A stretch of 64,000 bases of DNA from an uncultured Desulfarculus sp. (GTDB lineage: Bacteria; Desulfobacterota; Desulfarculia; Desulfarculales; Desulfarculaceae), in assembly GCA_963665125.2 (NCBI GenBank), contig CAXXUK010000001.1:2816001-2880000 (forward strand), in the 5' to 3' direction. The notes below the pieces were generated by a model, which saw only the letters and a list, made by a program, of their open reading frames with translations, did not search any database and had not been told where the DNA came from. Positions 60,548-64,000 of the stretch are shown one piece after another (within the stretch, counting starts at the first letter, position 1; each line of letters starts with the position of its first letter). Both the position numbers and the translations under genes were made by a program.

Positions 60548-62254
60548 CTATTTAAACATGTCTAAAAAGATCATAAGCTGCATTGGTTCGCCTTCGAGCT
60601 TGGCGTTTTCCGGCGACAAGGCCTTCTTGGGCTTGATTTTGCCGGCCATGAACGCCTTGAACTGGTTTGAATCCATGGTCAAGCGTACAGCCGGCTTTTC
60701 CGCCCTGGCCTTTTGCACCTCGGCCACGCCCCGGCGGATATGCACCGTGTAGTCTTCCCGGAGGTCCGGGTAGTAGAACCCCACCACCATGTCGGCCTCG
60801 GAGGCCTTTTGGGGGTCGAGCCGCACGGCCAGGGACTCGAAAACCCTGTCGATGGGCACCGACTTGATCACCTCCATGCGTGTCTTTTTCTTGTCCACCG
60901 TTGGGATGACGATTTCGCCCGTTGTTTCCAGGGCCTTGGTCAACAGGTAGTTGCGGGCGTTGGCGTTTACCTTGCCGGCCACAATGCCCTTGATGGCCTT
61001 GGCCTTGAGGGCGCGGGCGTCCTTGTTGTCCGGCTGGAGGAGCAGAACATCGTCGGCAAGCTCCAGGGCCCACTGGCTCTGCCCCTTGTCGTTGGCCGCC
61101 TGGGCCTTGGCGTAGAGTTTGTCCGCCCCGCCGGCCAGTTCGGCCATGCGCTGGGCCTTTTCCTTGGGCGCCAGGGGGAACAGATCCTTGGCCTTGCCCG
61201 AGTACCAGCCCAGGTATCCATTATAGATATTGCGAACCGACCAGGGCACCATGCCGTAATACTCGATGAGGTACGGGTCTTCGGCCAGGTGCTTGGGCAA
61301 CACCAGCTCGGCCGCGATCTCGTCGGCGCTCTTGTCCTGGTTGATGCCCCGGATGGTCTGGTCATGCACGTACTGGATGGCGTCGCGGTAGTTGGTCAGG
61401 TGCTTGTAGATATTGTCCTCGCCCTCCAGAGGCAGGGTGTGGCCCAGCACCAGGTATTCGGGTTTGAGGGCCCTGGCGATGTCGATGCTCTTGACCCATT
61501 TGGTCACGTCGCGGTAACTGGTGCCGCGAATGGTGTAGAGGTTGGGGAAGGCCTTGTAGAAATTGTCGCCGATGAACAGGACCTTCTTTTCGGGCAGCCA
61601 GACATACATCTGGTCGTTGGTCTCGCCCGGCGCGGCGATTAGAACCATCTTGACCCCGGCGATCTCCAATTCCAGACGGTCCTTGACCGTCTTGGTGGGG
61701 CGCAGCACCCCGATGGTCATGCCCTGCTTGTAGCCCAGGTGGGGCCCGATGCCGCTGTTGATGTGGTAGCCCTGAGGCAGCATTGTGCCGAACATGCGGG
61801 CGGCCCGCTTGGCCACCACCGGATTGATCACATTTAGGAAACGGTCCAGATAGTAGCCGGTCAGTTCCTGGGAGATCACCTCGGGATTGCCGCCGGCGGC
61901 AAAGGCCGATGCGCCGAAGACATGATCGGCATGGTTGTGGGTGTAGATTATGGCCTCCACCGGCTGCTTGGATATCTTGTCGAATTCGGCCTTGACCGGC
62001 AGGGCCTCTTCAACGCATTCCATGGTGTCGATGATGATGTTGCCGCCATTGCCCACGATAAGGCCAGAGTTGGCCAAACCGTAGCCCACGGCAACATATA
62101 TGCCGTCGGTGACTTTGATTATCTTTTTGGGAAAATCATTGTTGTGCTGCACCAGGCGCGGATCGGGCGGCACGTCATCGGCCGTCGCGGCCAGCGCACC
62201 GGCAGCGGCCAACATCAATATTGTGAATATGGCTGCTATCCTAAAGAGCTTCAT
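60548..62254 (-). CDS. Secreted alkyl/aryl sulfatase (SdsA1/BDS1-like MBL fold with dimerisation and SCP2 domains)
   Basis: Signal peptide, YTHNHADH, APGET, FPNLYTIRG, EYYG, GYLGWY, C-terminal SCP2-like domain. Confidence 0.88.
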   Translation of the reverse strand: MKLFRIAAIFTILMLAAAGALAATADDVPPDPRLVQHNNDFPKKIIKVTDGIYVAVGYGLANSGLIVGNGGNIIIDTMECVEEALPVKAEFDKISKQPVEAIIYTHNHADHVFGASAFAAGGNPEVISQELTGYYLDRFLNVINPVVAKRAARMFGTMLPQGYHINSGIGPHLGYKQGMTIGVLRPTKTVKDRLELEIAGVKMVLIAAPGETNDQMYVWLPEKKVLFIGDNFYKAFPNLYTIRGTSYRDVTKWVKSIDIARALKPEYLVLGHTLPLEGEDNIYKHLTNYRDAIQYVHDQTIRGINQDKSADEIAAELVLPKHLAEDPYLIEYYGMVPWSVRNIYNGYLGWYSGKAKDLFPLAPKEKAQRMAELAGGADKLYAKAQAANDKGQSQWALELADDVLLLQPDNKDARALKAKAIKGIVAGKVNANARNYLLTKALETTGEIVIPTVDKKKTRMEVIKSVPIDRVFESLAVRLDPQKASEADMVVGFYYPDLREDYTVHIRRGVAEVQKARAEKPAVRLTMDSNQFKAFMAGKIKPKKALSPENAKLEGEPMQLMIFLDMFK

Positions 62255-62316
62255 TGGTTCCTCCCACCCCCCGGAAATGATCGCCAGAGCCAATTGATCG
62301 TTCCATCAACACAGAT

Positions 62317-62332
62317 TAGAGCATAGATTCTA
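62317..62332. promoter_or_regulatory. Putative TetR operator upstream of the sulfatase operon
   Basis: Imperfect palindrome TAGAGCATAGATTCTA next to a minus-strand TTGACA (62340-62345). Confidence 0.45.
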
Positions 62333-62377
62333 TTATCTATGTCAAGGGGAAATCGCTCCTTTGTGAAGACAGGCGTA

Positions 62378-64000
62378 TTAAGCTAGTATTTCAGCAATGC
62401 TGGAAAGAAGGGCGTCCATCCGGTATGGCTTGGAAAGCGTGGCCGCCGCGCCGATTCGACGCCATTTATCCGAATGGATTTCCAGATAGCCGCTGGCGAC
62501 GATGACCTTGACCCGGCGGTCCAGTAGCAACAATTGCTCCAGACAGGCCTCGCCGCCCATGCCGGGCATGCCCAGATCAAGAACAACCACATCAAAATTG
62601 TGCCTCTGATAAAGCTCAAGCGCCTGTTCGCCGCTGTTTGCGGTCCAGGCGTCATAGCCCCGATTGCTCAGAAAATCGCTGACCATTGCCACCAACTCGG
62701 CCTCGTCGTCGACCACCAGCACTGTGGCGCCTTTGCCCACCGCCACCGGTCCGGAGGCCCCGATATCTTTATCGCAAATCGGCCGCCCGTTCATCGCCGG
62801 CAGCCAGATGGAAAACTCCGTTCCCCGGCCGGCCTGGCTGGAGCAGGTGATCATTCCGCCGTGGTTGGAGACTATCCCGTAGACGCTGGCCAGGCCAAGG
62901 CCGGTGCCCTGGCCGACGTCCTTGGTGGTAAAAAACGGCTCAAAGATGTGTTTTTGGTGCTCGGACTCGATTCCGCATCCGGTGTCGGCCACCGTCAGCC
63001 GGACGTATTTGCCCGGCAAAAAGCCTGGGGTCTCCTCGGCCTGGTTTTCGCCTATTTCTTCGGACCAGGTGGAAATTCGCAGCACACCGCCCTGGGGCAT
63101 GGCGTCCCTGGCATTTGAGGCCAGGTTGACCAGCACCTGTTCCAACTGGATCGAATCGCCGGCTATGTCGGGCAGATCCCGGCCCAGGTCTGTCCGCACA
63201 TCTATCATCGGCGGTATGGTGCGCCTGATCATGGCCGTGCTTTGGCGCAATTCCTGGTTGAGGTCCAACCGCTTTAGGTGAGGCTGCACCTTGCGTCCGA
63301 ACGTCAACAAGCCCCGGACAAGGCCCGCCGCCCGGTCCACCGAGCGCTCTATCTGCTCTATGAATTTCAGGTTGTCCGCCACGTCGCCGCCGCGGTTGCG
63401 TATCATCTCGGCGAAGCCGCTGATGGCCTGGAGGATATTGTTGAAGTCGTGGGCGATGCCGCTGGCCAGGGTGCCCACCGCTTCCATCTTTTGGGAATGC
63501 CTGAGTTGTTCTTCCAGATGCTTGCGGCTGGTAATGTCCTGGAAGACCAGAATCGCGGCAACCGTCTTTCCGTCATCATCCAGGACCGGGGTGCCGGAAC
63601 CCACCAGCCACAACTCGGTGCCGTCGGGCCGGACTATGCGCGCCTCCTCGTTAACAAGGCTTACGCCTTCTTTGAGAATCCTTACGCCGGGGAAATCCGT
63701 CTTATCGTAAAGAACGCCGTCGGGAGAGTAGGCATCGAACTTGTACTGGTATTCGGGAACCGGCATTGCGGTATAGTCTTCCTCAAAGCCGAATATCCGC
63801 CGGGCCTCCTTGTTGACGAAAATCGGCTGGGAGTTTTCGGCGCTGAAAATGATTATGCCGGCCAGGCTCTGCTCGCTGGAGCCCTGCAAAAGGGCTTTGC
63901 TTTGGAGCAGAGCCCGCTGGTCCTTCATCTGTTCGGTGACATCTACATAGGTGGTCAGCCCCAGGCCTTCATCAAGCCAGGTAAAACTGAAATCAACCTC
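62378..64000 (-). CDS. PAS-domain hybrid sensor histidine kinase/response regulator (5' end outside window)
   Basis: [22 protein letters not shown]1/F/G2 boxes, receiver LVVDDE..LDLGMP..KP; frame open to the window edge. Confidence 0.93.
   Translation of the reverse strand, partial: EVDFSFTWLDEGLGLTTYVDVTEQMKDQRALLQSKALLQGSSEQSLAGIIIFSAENSQPIFVNKEARRIFGFEEDYTAMPVPEYQYKFDAYSPDGVLYDKTDFPGVRILKEGVSLVNEEARIVRPDGTELWLVGSGTPVLDDDGKTVAAILVFQDITSRKHLEEQLRHSQKMEAVGTLASGIAHDFNNILQAISGFAEMIRNRGGDVADNLKFIEQIERSVDRAAGLVRGLLTFGRKVQPHLKRLDLNQELRQSTAMIRRTIPPMIDVRTDLGRDLPDIAGDSIQLEQVLVNLASNARDAMPQGGVLRISTWSEEIGENQAEETPGFLPGKYVRLTVADTGCGIESEHQKHIFEPFFTTKDVGQGTGLGLASVYGIVSNHGGMITCSSQAGRGTEFSIWLPAMNGRPICDKDIGASGPVAVGKGATVLVVDDEAELVAMVSDFLSNRGYDAWTANSGEQALELYQRHNFDVVVLDLGMPGMGGEACLEQLLLLDRRVKVIVASGYLEIHSDKWRRIGAAATLSKPYRMDALLSSIAEILA

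Overview
GC-rich chromosomal window, most likely from a sulfate-reducing deltaproteobacterium (inferred from gene content). The core backbone runs atpB(3' end)-atpE-rex, uvrA, pdxA, hypABFDE (no hypC), PBP1A, DinG helicase, an MCP, fatty-acid activation/oxidation genes and a polyprenyl synthase. Three accessory blocks interrupt it. (1) A stand-alone ~6 kb phage tail-tip/fibre operon (7287-13285) with no head, terminase, tube, tape-measure, lysis or integrase genes beside it. Its two fibres share an in-frame domain and one carries an 84-bp tandem repeat. This is the best candidate for an undescribed system (domesticated GTA/tailocin module or prophage relic). (2) A ~20 kb island in tRNA-Leu(TAA), bounded by a 56-bp att repeat (35989-36044 / 56273-56328). 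It holds a destroyed integrase, two inverted IS3 copies, a TetR-controlled ALDH-FeADH fusion/SDR/acyl-CoA synthetase operon, and an AraC-TonB receptor-ECF transporter-methyltransferase module. (3) A smaller tandem islet ending in a diverged tRNA-Leu fragment (58566-58621), carrying an rsgA paralog behind a putative leader peptide. A structured MITE-like element, Rex/TetR operators and sigma54 promoters are also visible. All product calls come from motif recognition only; no searches were run.
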